A stretch of 64,000 nucleotides of DNA from an uncultured delta proteobacterium (GTDB lineage: Bacteria; Desulfobacterota; Binatia; UBA9968). Under the pieces are notes generated by a model. That model had not been told where the DNA came from. It searched no databases and was given only the letters and a program-made list of their open reading frames with translations. The position numbers were made by a program, and so were the translations under genes. The stretch spans positions 1-64,000 of the forward strand of contig CAVSHR010000008.1 of the NCBI GenBank assembly GCA_963727625.1. Direction: 5' to 3'. Of the stretch, positions 21,418-32,328 are shown one piece after another (positions within the stretch are counted from its first letter, which is position 1; every line of letters begins with the position of its first letter).

Positions 21418-23187
21418 ATGTTCTCGAGACTATGGATGATTGCGCTGCTCCTGGTGCTCGGCTGCGGCGATAAGACCGAGGTAAAAGTAGCGGACGCGCC
21501 ACCGGCGGCAGAAAATTCAAAAGACCCCGGTAAGCCGGTGACCGGAGACTGGTTGGTGATTCACAGTCTCAGCGATCCGGAGGTGCTCAATCCGTTGACC
21601 AGCAGCGACTCTGCTTCCAGCGAAGTGAATGGATATATTTTCGAAAGCCTCTTGACGCGCGAGCCGCGAACTTTGGCGATTAAGCCTTACATTGCCGTGG
21701 CGCGGCCGGAAATCTCCCAAGACAAGCTCACTTACACATTCAAGATTCGCAAAGATGTGCGCTTTCAAGACGGTCGCCCGTTGACCGGCGAGGACGTGCT
21801 GTTCAGCGTCAAGGCGATCAAGTGTCCGTTCGTCAACGCGCCGTTTTTGCGGGTTTACTTCAATTCGCTCGTCGACGCCGAGCTCGTCGATGCTTATACG
21901 ATTCGATTTGTCACAAAGGAGCCGTACTTTCTAAACGAAAGCGTGCTCGGCGGCATCACCATGCTGCCGCGCCATTACTACGATCCACAGAACCTTTTGC
22001 GCCGAGTCACGGTGCGGCAGCTCGACGGGGATCCGGCGAAATTGCCGTCTGAGGTCAAACAATTCGGCGACCAGTTCAATCGCAGTTACAATCGCGATCC
22101 GTTAGGCTCGGGGCCGTACAAGTTTGGCAGCTGGAAGACCGGCCGGGAAATTGAGCTGCTGCGCGACCGCAATTACTGGGGCTATGGCATAGACGGTATC
22201 GACCAGCCCCATGTCGACCGGCTCAAATTTCGTGTCGTGAACAATTACGATGCCGCGTTGATCCGGCTGAAAAGCGGCAGTCTGGACTACATGGAAGCGC
22301 TTCAGCCGGTGCAGGCGGTGCGCGGCACGAACAGTGAAAGATTCAATCGCGAATTCAAGAAATACGAGTACTTCGCGCCGACCTTTTCGTACATCGGCTG
22401 GAACAACGACCATCCGATCTTTCGCGACAAACGGGTCCGCCAGGCAATGACCTACATGACGAACCGCAAGCAAATCGTCAAAAGCATCCTGTTTGGGCTC
22501 GGCGAAGTCGTCGACAGCCCGATCTATCTGTTCCGGCCCGAATACGACAAAGATTTGAAGATCTACCCCTTCGACCCTCAAAAGGGCTTGGCGTTGCTGC
22601 GCGAGGCGGGTTGGCAGGACACCGACGGCGACGGCATTCTCGACAAAGTGATCGACGGCAAGAAAACTCCGCTCAGTTTTGAAATCAAGATTAACTCCGG
22701 CAACGCGGTGCGCGAGAGCGTGGCGCTGGTCCTCATGGATGAACTCCGCAAGCACGGCATCGCCGCCGGCGTAAGACAGCTCGACTGGACAATTTTTTTA
22801 AACGACGTCAAGAATCATCAATTTGACGCCGTAGTGCTGGGCTGGGCAATGTCGACCACAGAGCCAGATGGCTACCAGATTTGGCATTCCTCTCAAGCCG
22901 CTAACAAGGGTTCCAACGCGATCAGTTACAAGAATCCCCGCGTGGACCGGATTCTGGAAGAGTACCGGCGCGAATTCGACGAGCAAAAGCGCATTCGACT
23001 CTACAAAGAATTCCAGGAGATTCTCAACGACGAGCAGCCCTACACATTTCTCTTCGCGAGCAAGCGGGTCTCCGCGGTGCAACGGCGCTTCGAAGGGGTC
23101 GAGGTTTTTCCCGACGGGCTGCGCCCGATCGACTGGTGGGTGCCGCTGGCGCGGCAAAAATATGTCGACGTGGTGACGTCGCAATAG
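21418..23187 (+). CDS. Peptide ABC transporter substrate-binding lipoprotein (family 5)
   Basis: Lipobox VLGC, and YTFKIRKDVRFQDG, GSGPYKF and DKRVRQA motifs. Confidence 0.93.
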   Translation: MFSRLWMIALLLVLGCGDKTEVKVADAPPAAENSKDPGKPVTGDWLVIHSLSDPEVLNPLTSSDSASSEVNGYIFESLLTREPRTLAIKPYIAVARPEISQDKLTYTFKIRKDVRFQDGRPLTGEDVLFSVKAIKCPFVNAPFLRVYFNSLVDAELVDAYTIRFVTKEPYFLNESVLGGITMLPRHYYDPQNLLRRVTVRQLDGDPAKLPSEVKQFGDQFNRSYNRDPLGSGPYKFGSWKTGREIELLRDRNYWGYGIDGIDQPHVDRLKFRVVNNYDAALIRLKSGSLDYMEALQPVQAVRGTNSERFNREFKKYEYFAPTFSYIGWNNDHPIFRDKRVRQAMTYMTNRKQIVKSILFGLGEVVDSPIYLFRPEYDKDLKIYPFDPQKGLALLREAGWQDTDGDGILDKVIDGKKTPLSFEIKINSGNAVRESVALVLMDELRKHGIAAGVRQLDWTIFLNDVKNHQFDAVVLGWAMSTTEPDGYQIWHSSQAANKGSNAISYKNPRVDRILEEYRREFDEQKRIRLYKEFQEILNDEQPYTFLFASKRVSAVQRRFEGVEVFPDGLRPIDWWVPLARQKYVDVVTSQ

Positions 23188-23197
23188 TGTGACCCCT

Positions 23198-24229
23198 ATG
23201 GCCGGTTACTTAATGCAACGGTTGCTGCTGATGATTCCGACCTTCATCGGCATCACTTTGATCGGGTTTTTTATCATGCGCCTGGCGCCGGGTGATCCGG
23301 CCGAGCTGCGCGCGGCGGGCGGACTCGGGGCCGCGGCGGGCGCCGGGATCTCGGTCGAAAAACGCGGTGTGGTGGATGAGGCGATGGCGCAGTGGCGGGC
23401 TCAGTTCGGTCTCGATAAGCCGCTCCATGTGCAATACGGGGTTTGGCTCAAAAACCTCTTGTCGCTGAGCTTCGGCGAGTCGTTCAAAGACAACCAATCC
23501 GTGTGGGACAAGATCGTCGAGCGCTTACCGGTTACGGTTAAATTGAACCTGTGGTCGATCTTCGTGGTTTATATGGTTGCGATTCCCTTGGGAATTTATT
23601 CGGCAACCCACCCCAATGCCTTCGGCGACCAAGTCACCACGCTGGCCGCGTTTATCTTATTCGCAGTCCCATTGGTTTGGGCCGCGACGATGGCGCTGGT
23701 ATTTATTTGCGGTGGCGATTTCTATTATCTTTTTCCGCCGGGCGGGCTGGAGTCGTTGGATTATTCAGAAAGCTGGCCTTTCTGGCAGAAATTTAAAGAT
23801 CATGCCTGGCACCTGTTTTTGCCCGTTGTTTTGCTCTCCTATGACGGATTTGCCGGTTTGTCGCGTTATATGCGATCGAGCATGCTGGAAGTGCTCGGCC
23901 AAGATTATGTTCAGGTCGCGCGCGCTAAAGGCTTGCCCGAGCGAATCGTTGTGTTCAAGCATGCGCTGCGCAATTCACTGATTCCCCAGGTGACCTTGTT
24001 GGCGTCTATTCTGCCCAGTCTGATCGGTGGCAGCGTCATTATCGAAACGATTTTCTCGATCCCGGGGCTTGGACAGCTCGGTTTTGAGTCCGTCCTGGCG
24101 CGCGATTATCCGACCGTGTTGGCGCTGTTCACGGCGAGCGCCGTGCTCACGCTGGTCGGTATTTTGATTTCCGACCTGCTTCTCGCCGTGGTGGATCCGC
24201 GCATCGTCTTTGGCCGGCGGCAACAATGA
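23198..24229 (+). CDS. Peptide ABC transporter permease (OppB/DppB)
   Basis: LAPGDPA, RSSMLEVLGQDYVQVARAKGL and ETIFSIPGLG motifs. Confidence 0.93.
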   Translation: MAGYLMQRLLLMIPTFIGITLIGFFIMRLAPGDPAELRAAGGLGAAAGAGISVEKRGVVDEAMAQWRAQFGLDKPLHVQYGVWLKNLLSLSFGESFKDNQSVWDKIVERLPVTVKLNLWSIFVVYMVAIPLGIYSATHPNAFGDQVTTLAAFILFAVPLVWAATMALVFICGGDFYYLFPPGGLESLDYSESWPFWQKFKDHAWHLFLPVVLLSYDGFAGLSRYMRSSMLEVLGQDYVQVARAKGLPERIVVFKHALRNSLIPQVTLLASILPSLIGGSVIIETIFSIPGLGQLGFESVLARDYPTVLALFTASAVLTLVGILISDLLLAVVDPRIVFGRRQQ

Positions 24230-25290
24230 GCGCGACGCCATCGAGCAGGGATACTGGGGAAGAAGTAACGGCGGTGGGCGCCGGCGCGTCGGGAGGGCTG
24301 TGGACCGATGTCTGGAAGCGCTTCCGGCGCAATCCGATCGCACTCACCGGTTTCTACGTCGTTTGTCTCCTTGTTTTCATGGCGCTGTTCGCCGATTTTC
24401 TTGCCAATGATAAGCCCTATTATTTGCTGTATGGTGGCAAGACTTATTTCCCGATTCTTCGCAGCTACATTGTCGGCGCCAGACTTGGTCAATGGCCAGC
24501 GGAGCTGCTCAACGTCGACTTTAAAAAGCTTGAGGACGCCAGAGCGGTTTATCCCCCGATTCCGTACCGGCCAAGCAACATCAACCTGCTCGAACCGCTG
24601 GAGCCGCCATCAACCAAGCACTGGTTCGGCACGGACAAGCTTGGGCGCGATGTTATGGCCGGGATGATTCACGGCTCGCGTGTCTCGCTCTCCATCGGTT
24701 TTGTCGCGGTCGGGATCGCCGTCGTCATTGGCGTGGTGCTCGGCGCCATCGCCGGTTATTTCGGTTCCTGGGTGGATCTGGTGATCTCGCGGTTGTTTGA
24801 AATCATGCTTTCGATCCCGACCTTTTTTCTTTTGATCACGGTGGCGGCGCTTTTGCCTCCGAGTATTTTTCTCACCATGTCGATCATCGGCATGACGAGT
24901 TGGGTGGGCATCGCGCGCTTTACGCGCAACGAATTTTTCCGTATCCGCAATCAGGATTACGTCACCTCGGCAATCGCTCTCGGGGTTTCTGATCGCAAAG
25001 TCATGTTCAAGCATATCTTGCCCAACGCGTTAGCGCCCGTCATCGTTTCGGTCGTGCTCGGCATCGCCGGCGCGATCCTGGTCGAGTCGAGCTTGAGCTT
25101 TCTCGGCATCGGCGTGCCCGCCGAGCTGGTCACCTGGGGATCGATCTTGCAGGAAGCGAGCACCACGACTTTTGCCTGGTGGCTCGCCGTGTTTCCCGGC
25201 TTCGCCATCTTTATCACCGTGCTGGCCTATTACCTGGTCGGCGAAGGCTTGCGCGAAGTGCTCGACCCGCGCCTGCGGGGCTTGCGCTAA
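24226..25290 (+). CDS. Peptide ABC transporter permease (OppC/DppC)
   Basis: HWFGTDKLGRD, HILPN and ESSLSFLGIG motifs. Confidence 0.93.
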   Translation: MSATPSSRDTGEEVTAVGAGASGGLWTDVWKRFRRNPIALTGFYVVCLLVFMALFADFLANDKPYYLLYGGKTYFPILRSYIVGARLGQWPAELLNVDFKKLEDARAVYPPIPYRPSNINLLEPLEPPSTKHWFGTDKLGRDVMAGMIHGSRVSLSIGFVAVGIAVVIGVVLGAIAGYFGSWVDLVISRLFEIMLSIPTFFLLITVAALLPPSIFLTMSIIGMTSWVGIARFTRNEFFRIRNQDYVTSAIALGVSDRKVMFKHILPNALAPVIVSVVLGIAGAILVESSLSFLGIGVPAELVTWGSILQEASTTTFAWWLAVFPGFAIFITVLAYYLVGEGLREVLDPRLRGLR

Positions 25291-25396
25291 TCGCGTTCTT
25301 TCTGTTAAGCCCGTCCAAGCTTATGCGATCTCTGCAAGCGATTCAGCGATGAAGAGTTCCACTCGCTTCACGTCATCGTAACCAGGGGCAGTCGAG

Positions 25397-26527
25397 ATGG
25401 CAGAAAAATCTCTCGAAGAAATCAAAGCCGATATTTTACACCGTGCGGGGCGGATCAATCCGTTCGAACGGGTAAAAAGGGAGGATGTCGAACAAGTGGT
25501 GCAGCGTCTCACCGGTCTCGACGCCGAGCTCTGGGGCCGGGAGTGGGGCAAGATCGGAGCAAAATACGAGGCGTTGGCCGATGAGCAGGAAAAATCAGGC
25601 AAGAAGAAGGAAGCCGGTGTGACTTACTCTCTCGCCTACGAATACTACCGCGTCGGGCGCTATCCGGTGCCGAGCAGCCCGGAAAAGATGAACTGCTACA
25701 AAGGCGCGCTGCGCGCTTTTCTCAAAGCGGCGCCGACCATGGAGCCGCCGCTCGAGCGTGTTGAAATTCCCTTCGAAGGCAATAAGGTCGTCGGTTATTT
25801 ACAGATTCCAAACGGCGTCAAACGGTCACCCGTGGTCATGCACTGGGGCGGCGTCGACGGTTGGAAGGAAGACCGCCGAACCAACAACGATACGTTACTC
25901 AGGATGGGTCTCGCTTGTTTCACCATCGACATACCGGGCGCCGGAGAGAATCCTTGCCTCGGCAGCGACTTGCGCGCCGAGCGGACTTTTTCCGCGGCGA
26001 TGGACTACCTTGAAACGCGCCAGGATATTGACGGCAAGCGCATTGCATGCATGGGTGGGAGCTTCGGCGGTTATTGGGCGGCGAAGCTGGCGCATACCGA
26101 GCCCAAGCGGTTGCGCGGCGCGGTCAATTGGGGCGCGGGCGTGCATCGCACCTTTCAAGAAGAATGGCTTAGGCCGGCGTTGACGTTGACAGCATCGCAG
26201 TATCTGATGGGACCGGCGAGCTTGCTTGCCGCGCGCTCTTATATTTTCGGCGCGCGCACCTTGGAAGAGACGCTCAAGATTGCGCCGACCTTATCTCTGG
26301 TCACTCAAGGTTTGATCGATCGGCCCTGCGCGCCGCTTCTGTGCATCAACGGCAGGGACGACGACCAGCATCCGATCAGCGACCTCTATCTGCTCGCCGA
26401 GCACGGCAGTCCGAAGGAACTGCGCATCATGGCCGGCGCGGGTCATATGGGACGCAAAAAGGGCCAGTCGAACGACGAGGTGGTCGGTATCGTCACGAAG
26501 TGGCTGAAAGAGAAACTTGCAGAATAG
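25397..26527 (+). CDS. Alpha/beta hydrolase (FrsA/DUF1100-like)
   Basis: Nucleophile elbow GGSFGG, GGVDGWKE and C-terminal GHMG. Confidence 0.82.
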   Translation: MAEKSLEEIKADILHRAGRINPFERVKREDVEQVVQRLTGLDAELWGREWGKIGAKYEALADEQEKSGKKKEAGVTYSLAYEYYRVGRYPVPSSPEKMNCYKGALRAFLKAAPTMEPPLERVEIPFEGNKVVGYLQIPNGVKRSPVVMHWGGVDGWKEDRRTNNDTLLRMGLACFTIDIPGAGENPCLGSDLRAERTFSAAMDYLETRQDIDGKRIACMGGSFGGYWAAKLAHTEPKRLRGAVNWGAGVHRTFQEEWLRPALTLTASQYLMGPASLLAARSYIFGARTLEETLKIAPTLSLVTQGLIDRPCAPLLCINGRDDDQHPISDLYLLAEHGSPKELRIMAGAGHMGRKKGQSNDEVVGIVTKWLKEKLAE

Positions 26528-26541
26528 AAACGGAGTAGCCC

Positions 26542-27090
26542 ATGGCACGGATCGCAACCATCACTAAAAAAGAAGAACTGGCGCCGGAAAATCAGAATGT
26601 CTTCGACGCCATCGTACAGAGCCGAGGCGTCGTGGGAGGGCCGTGGCTGGCGCTGTTGCACAGCCCTGAACTGGCGCAACGGACCCAGCATCTCGGCGCT
26701 TATGTGCGCTTCGAGTCGACTTTGGATCACAGGGTCGTCGAGCTTACCGCATTGGTGTCGGCCCGGGAGTTGGACAGCAAGCATGAGTGGGCCGCGCATA
26801 TCATTCACGGCCAAAAAGCCGGTCTTCCCATGGAGACTATCCGGGCGGTCTATGAGAAGAAGGGTGCAGAAGGCTTCTCTACCGAAGACGCGCAGATCGT
26901 CAGCTTTGTGCGCGAGATTATCCGAACTCACCGAGTCAGCGAACCGACGTTTCAAGCCATCTATGGGCGTTTTGGCGAGAAGGGAATGGTTGAGCTCACG
27001 GCCACCGTCGGTTACTACGCCATGCTCGCGTGCACGCTCAACACTTTTGACCTCTACACGTTTACGCCGCCGGACGATCTGAAGATCTAA
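26542..27090 (+). CDS. Carboxymuconolactone decarboxylase family protein
   Basis: GPWLALLHSP, HEWAAH and ELTATVGYY motifs. Confidence 0.85.
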   Translation: MARIATITKKEELAPENQNVFDAIVQSRGVVGGPWLALLHSPELAQRTQHLGAYVRFESTLDHRVVELTALVSARELDSKHEWAAHIIHGQKAGLPMETIRAVYEKKGAEGFSTEDAQIVSFVREIIRTHRVSEPTFQAIYGRFGEKGMVELTATVGYYAMLACTLNTFDLYTFTPPDDLKI

Positions 27091-27113
27091 ATCGGCAACG
27101 TCGCTCTGATCCC

Positions 27114-29300
27114 ATGCGGCTCTTCCTGATCATCGGCGTGACGCTGTTTTTGGCTTTGGCGGATCGGCTTTGCGCGGAGCCGCCGAATGACTATCCTGCC
27201 AGCAAGACCGTCGATGCTTTGGATCATTATCACGGCACTTCAGTGGCCGATCCTTACCGCTGGCTGGAGCAGCTTGACTCAGGCGACACGCAGTCGTGGA
27301 TCGAGGCGCAAAACCGGGCCACGGCAAAATATCTCGAAGCCCTACCGCTGCGGCAGGCGTTGCAAAAGCGCATTAGCGAGCTCTGGAATTATCCCAAAGT
27401 GAGCGTACCGGTGCGCGAGGGCGGACGCATTTGGTATCGGAAGAATCGCGGCCTGCAGCGCCAGGCGGTGCTCTATTCCAAGGACTCTCTGGCCGCGCCG
27501 CCGGTGCTGGTCATAGATCCCAATACTCTATCTCCCGACGGCTCGCTCTCGCTGGCGCAAACCGCCCCCTCACCCGGCGGGCGATTTCTCGCCTACGCGT
27601 TAGCCGAAGGCGGGGTTGATTGGGAGACGATTCGCATCCGCGATCTCAAGACCGGCCGCGATCTGTCCGATAAGGTTGCCTGGGTGCGCTATGCGCGGAT
27701 CGCTTGGACCCATGACGCCAAGGGATTTTTCTACAGCCGATATCCCGAGTTGCGGGCTGGATTGGATCGCCAGTCGCCGAGCGGCGTCCATGCGCTCTAC
27801 TACCATCGCCTGGGCGCGGTCCAATCGGCGGATCGTCTCATTTATCGCGACAACGATCGCCCGCATTGGTTCGTGCGCGGCAGAGTCACTCGCGACGGTC
27901 GCTTTCTGATCGTGCGCGTCTCCCAGGGCAGCGGCCGACGCAACCGGCTCTATTACCTGGATCTGCAAAATCCGACAGAGCCGAATCTCGACGGCCAACT
28001 TAAACATTTGGTCGGCAGCGGCGAAGCGATGTATCGCTTTTTCGGCAACGTCGGCGCGAGCTTTTATGTTTTAACCGACAGCGGCGCGCCGCGCCGGAGG
28101 GTGGTTGCCCTTGAGATCAACGCGCAAGATCCGGCCCGCGCTAAAACGGTGGTGGCCGAAGCACCCTATGTGATTCAGAATGCAGTTTTGTCCGGCGGCA
28201 AGATCGTTGTCCAATATTTGGTCGAGGTCCGCAGCCATATCAAATTTTTTGCACTCGGCGGTCGCCAACTGGGTGAATTGTCGCCGCCCGGCATTGGCTC
28301 GATACGAGATTTAACCGGGCGCTATGACGCAGCGGAGCTGTTTTACAGTTTTACCTCGCCGCTTTCTCCATCAACGGTTTTTGCCTGCCAAGGTATTTGC
28401 CGCGCGTCGATCCCCTTTGAAGCGGCTAAGCCGGCCTTCGATTCCAAAGCCTATGAGACCAAGGAGCTCTTTGCGACGAGCAAAGACGGCACCCGGGTTC
28501 CCTATTTTTTGACCGCACGGAAAAACCTGCGGCTCGATGGCGACAATCCGACGCTGCTCTATGGCTACGGCGGTTTTTCCAACAGTCTCACGCCGCGATA
28601 CCGGCCGGATCTTCCGGCCTGGATTGAGCTCGGCGGAATATTTATCACGGCCAATATCCGCGGCGGCGGGGCCTATGGCGAGGCGTGGCACCGCGACGGT
28701 ATGCTCGACAAGAAACAAAACAGCTTCGATGATTTTATCGCGGTAGCCGAGGACCTGATCCGGCGCGGCTACACTTCGCCGAGACGGCTGGCGATTCAAG
28801 GCGGCTCGAACGGTGGTCTACTGGTCGCCGCGGTGAGCAATCAACGCCCGGATCTCTTTGCCGCCGTGATTTTAGCCGCGGGCGTGCTGGACATGCTACG
28901 CTACGACAAGTTTACCAACGGCGGCGCCTGGATCGCCGAATACGGCGCGCCGTCGGACCCCAAGATGTTCGGTTTCCTGCTTCGATATTCGCCGCTGCAT
29001 AACTTGAAACCCGGGGTTTGCCATCCGGCCACGCTGATCATGACCGGCGACCGCGACGACCGTGTCGTGCCCAGTCACTCGTTCAAATACACCGCTGCGC
29101 TCCAGAAGGCGCAAGGCTGCAATCGGCCGGTGCTGTTGCGCGTCGCCCGCGGCATGTCCCATTCCTACCGTCCCACCGATCGGAGAATCAGCGAAATCGC
29201 CGATCGCTGGGCGTTCGTCGCCGCCCAGACGGGCGTTAAGACGAGCCGTGGGCGCCCCGCCCGGGGCGCTACAAACGCCTTGCCGCGGCGCGCCGATTAG
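27114..29300 (+). CDS. Prolyl oligopeptidase (S9A), secreted
   Basis: Signal peptide, and DPYRWLE, YGYGGF, GGSNGGLL and DDRVVPSHS motifs. Confidence 0.95.
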   Translation: MRLFLIIGVTLFLALADRLCAEPPNDYPASKTVDALDHYHGTSVADPYRWLEQLDSGDTQSWIEAQNRATAKYLEALPLRQALQKRISELWNYPKVSVPVREGGRIWYRKNRGLQRQAVLYSKDSLAAPPVLVIDPNTLSPDGSLSLAQTAPSPGGRFLAYALAEGGVDWETIRIRDLKTGRDLSDKVAWVRYARIAWTHDAKGFFYSRYPELRAGLDRQSPSGVHALYYHRLGAVQSADRLIYRDNDRPHWFVRGRVTRDGRFLIVRVSQGSGRRNRLYYLDLQNPTEPNLDGQLKHLVGSGEAMYRFFGNVGASFYVLTDSGAPRRRVVALEINAQDPARAKTVVAEAPYVIQNAVLSGGKIVVQYLVEVRSHIKFFALGGRQLGELSPPGIGSIRDLTGRYDAAELFYSFTSPLSPSTVFACQGICRASIPFEAAKPAFDSKAYETKELFATSKDGTRVPYFLTARKNLRLDGDNPTLLYGYGGFSNSLTPRYRPDLPAWIELGGIFITANIRGGGAYGEAWHRDGMLDKKQNSFDDFIAVAEDLIRRGYTSPRRLAIQGGSNGGLLVAAVSNQRPDLFAAVILAAGVLDMLRYDKFTNGGAWIAEYGAPSDPKMFGFLLRYSPLHNLKPGVCHPATLIMTGDRDDRVVPSHSFKYTAALQKAQGCNRPVLLRVARGMSHSYRPTDRRISEIADRWAFVAAQTGVKTSRGRPARGATNALPRRAD

Positions 29301-29425
29301 CGTTGCATTCGATGGACGCGACCGGGCGTCGATCACTTTGTCTGTCCGATGGCCGAGCTTGACACGACGGCGACGGGCTCGATACTCTCCAACGAAAATT
29401 GTCCGAGCAGAAAGGAATTCGTTCA

Positions 29426-29587
29426 ATGAAACTCAAAGGGCAGGTAGCGATGATCACCGGCGCGGGACGAAACATCGGCAAAGCGATGGCGCTGCTGTTC
29501 GCGTCGGAAGGGGCGAAGATCGTGGTAGCGGAAATGCATGAAGTGCGAGGTCTGGACACATATCTAACCGAGTTCGATCATGATTAG
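29426..29587 (+). pseudogene. Truncated 5' copy of the SDR gene at 31340
   Basis: MKLKGQVAMITGAGRNIGKAMALLFASEGAKIVVAEMH is nearly identical to the downstream SDR N-terminus, then diverges and stops. Confidence 0.8.
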
Positions 29588-29608
29588 TCTCACCAGTGAA
29601 GTTCAGAT

Positions 29609-31237
29609 GTGAGCAAGAAGCAATCCGACAAGAAAAAACCCCGTCAATTCAAGGAATCTCGCGAAATCGCGTCGGCCTCGTCGTGGTCTTTTTTCGAAGC
29701 GGCTACGACAATCGCGCTGTTGTCGATTTACGCGGCCATGTTAGCTCACCCCATCGACCTGACAGTTGGCGATCTGGGGCGTCATCTGAAGAATGGCGAG
29801 CTGGTTGTCCGAAACGGCCTGATTGCGCAGACCAATCTGTTCTCCTATACGGCGCCGGATTATCCGTTTATCAATCATCACTGGGGAAGCGGCGCGGTAT
29901 ATTACATCATCGAATCCATTGCCGGCTTTTCCGGCCTGTCACTTGCCTTCCTCGCCATCAGCGTCGCGACCCTCTGGTTGTTCCTGAATCTAGCCGCTAA
30001 GCTGTCCTCTTTTCCCATCGCGGCGATATTCACCGTTATTGGCATGCCAATCTTGATTACTCGGCATGAAATTCGGCCGGAGATGTTCACGTATCTGCTG
30101 AGCGGCCTCTATCTGCAAATCTTGTGGGGTTATAAAGAGGGCAGGCTCGGCTTTCGCGGGCTTTGTGGTTTACCGCTTCTGCAGATTTTCTGGGTTAACC
30201 TCCATATCTATTTTTTTATGGGGATCGTTCTCGTCGGTTTGTCCCTGTTCGAATCCCTGATGCGAGGATGGCTTCGCAAGTCGGCCGAAGCCGAAATGCG
30301 AAGCCGACACCTTGCGATCATTTTGTTCGGCACGGTTCTGACCAGTTTTTTAAATCCGGCAGGGGCTTCGGGCGTGATGTATCCGCTGTTCATAATGCAG
30401 GGATTCGAATTGCCGGTGATTGAAACCTACTCTCTGCCTCAGATTCTACGCTCCGGGTTTAATTTTCTACCCCTGACGTATTTTCTAATTATCTTCGCTT
30501 GTCTCGCCCTGAGTTGGCTCTATGTTCTTGCCAAGGAACGATCGAATGTTTCCTATGGGAATCTGCTCTTGTCCGGCATGGTTGCTGCCATGGCCTGGTT
30601 GTCGATACGTAATTTCGCGCTGTTCGCCTACTTTGCGTTGCCGCTGACGGCGGCAAATCTGAGGCATTTCCCCGCGAACCGCCGGGCGATTTCATCTTGG
30701 AGCGGAGCCAAAGTCTCTCTCTCGCTGGCCGGGGCGGCTCTGCTTCTATTTTTGATCAATCCGTATTACTTTCTGGGCGGCGGCCGCGGCGCCTTAGGCA
30801 TTGGCCTCAAAGCTGGCAATGAGGCGGCGGCGGCATTGATTCACCGGGAAAAGCTGCAAGGGCCGGTTTTCAATAACTTCGATGTCGGCGGTTATCTGAC
30901 CTATCATCTCTATCCCCAACAGCAGATTTTTGTGGATAATCGGCCGGAAGCTTATCCGCTGCTGTTTTTTCGCAATGAATATTTCCCGCTACAACAGAAT
31001 GAAACCTACTGGGCCCGGCGCCGCCGCGAATACGGTTTTAACTTCATTGTGTTTAACCATCATGACCGCTCCAGAGAAAGCCAGGAGTTTATCGTGAGGC
31101 GTGTGCTTGACCCCGCCTGGGCGCCGGTGTACTTCGACAAGGACATCATCATCTTGGTGAGAAGATACGGACCCAACCAATCCACGGTGGCCAGATACGA
31201 GATTGCCAAGGACCGGATACTCGAGCCAGCAAACTGA
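29609..31237 (+). CDS. Multi-pass membrane protein, probable GT-C-fold glycosyltransferase
   Basis: DLGRHLKNG, RPEMFTY, WVNLH and IFVDNRPEAY motifs, with many TM segments. Confidence 0.6.
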   Translation: MSKKQSDKKKPRQFKESREIASASSWSFFEAATTIALLSIYAAMLAHPIDLTVGDLGRHLKNGELVVRNGLIAQTNLFSYTAPDYPFINHHWGSGAVYYIIESIAGFSGLSLAFLAISVATLWLFLNLAAKLSSFPIAAIFTVIGMPILITRHEIRPEMFTYLLSGLYLQILWGYKEGRLGFRGLCGLPLLQIFWVNLHIYFFMGIVLVGLSLFESLMRGWLRKSAEAEMRSRHLAIILFGTVLTSFLNPAGASGVMYPLFIMQGFELPVIETYSLPQILRSGFNFLPLTYFLIIFACLALSWLYVLAKERSNVSYGNLLLSGMVAAMAWLSIRNFALFAYFALPLTAANLRHFPANRRAISSWSGAKVSLSLAGAALLLFLINPYYFLGGGRGALGIGLKAGNEAAAALIHREKLQGPVFNNFDVGGYLTYHLYPQQQIFVDNRPEAYPLLFFRNEYFPLQQNETYWARRRREYGFNFIVFNHHDRSRESQEFIVRRVLDPAWAPVYFDKDIIILVRRYGPNQSTVARYEIAKDRILEPAN

Positions 31238-31339
31238 ATGGCGGTTCCTGGAGTCGTATCCGGCGCGCAACCGTTGACAGTTTGCCGCTCGGACGGATAG
31301 TCTCTGGTAGATTACGATGCCGTGGAAGGAATTTCAGTC

Positions 31340-32119
31340 ATGAAACTCAAAGGACAGATCGCGTTGATTACCGGCGCGGGGAGAAACATCGGCAAGGCGA
31401 TGGCCAAGCTTTTCGCGTCGGAGGGGGCCAAGGTCGTCGTGGCGGAAGTGCACCAGGAGCGCGGGCAGGCGGTGGTCGATGAGATCAACCGGTCGGGGCA
31501 AGAGGCGATACTGGTGCTTGGCGATGTCTCAAGGTCTAGCGACGTGCAGGCGATGGTGAGGAGCGTGGTCGCCAAGTTCGGCGGCATTGACATTCTCGTC
31601 AACAACGCGGCGCTCACCGACCACGCTACTATTCTCGACAGCAGCGAAGAAGAATTCGATAGAGTCATCGCGGTCAGTCTCAAAGGACCGTATTTAGTAA
31701 CGCAACAGGTCGCCCGGCAGATGGTGAAACAAGAACGCGGCGGCAAGATTTTAAACTTCGGTTCAACATCGGGCATGATCGGCCGCTTCGACGGCATTGC
31801 GTACGCTGCGGCCAAGGCCGGCGTGATCAATATGACCCGCGCCATGGCGGTGCAGCTGGCCGGGTACAAGATTCGCGTCAACTGCGTGGTGCCGAACCGC
31901 TCCGGCTCGCCGGTGGGTTACGACGACGACGTGGCCGGCAGCCGCACGGTTCAGAATCTCGCCGGCCGGCTGGGCACGGCGGAGGATCAGGCCAAAGCGG
32001 CGCTGTTTCTGGTGAGCGATGATGCGGATTTTATCCACGGCCATGCCTTGGTGGTCGACGGGGGCGTGATGGCGACGGCGAACTTTCCTCGGGAACAGTT
32101 TTCAAAGTCAAGATCGTAG
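31340..32119 (+). CDS. Short-chain dehydrogenase/reductase (SDR)
   Basis: TGAGRNIG, NNAA, YAAAK and VVDGG motifs. Confidence 0.93.
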   Translation: MKLKGQIALITGAGRNIGKAMAKLFASEGAKVVVAEVHQERGQAVVDEINRSGQEAILVLGDVSRSSDVQAMVRSVVAKFGGIDILVNNAALTDHATILDSSEEEFDRVIAVSLKGPYLVTQQVARQMVKQERGGKILNFGSTSGMIGRFDGIAYAAAKAGVINMTRAMAVQLAGYKIRVNCVVPNRSGSPVGYDDDVAGSRTVQNLAGRLGTAEDQAKAALFLVSDDADFIHGHALVVDGGVMATANFPREQFSKSRS

Positions 32120-32328
32120 GTGGTCCCCTGGAAACGTTGGAAAAGACACGGGCTCAACGAATCAATACTACCGAGGCGAAAACAACGACAAGATCGTCGC
32201 CATGCTCGAAACCGACACTTTGGATGGCGCTTGGAAGATAAAACTCGCGGCTGCGGCAGTCGAGCGTTAGGCGACGCATCGCGCTGATCGACGCGCGTCC
32301 AGGTCGATTTGCGGAGCGGTATGGGTGA

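Noticed and set aside
32140-32270. Short protein-like frame NQYYRGENNDKIVAMLETD...
   Set aside because: It has no start or RBS and I cannot assign a family; it may be a gene remnant.
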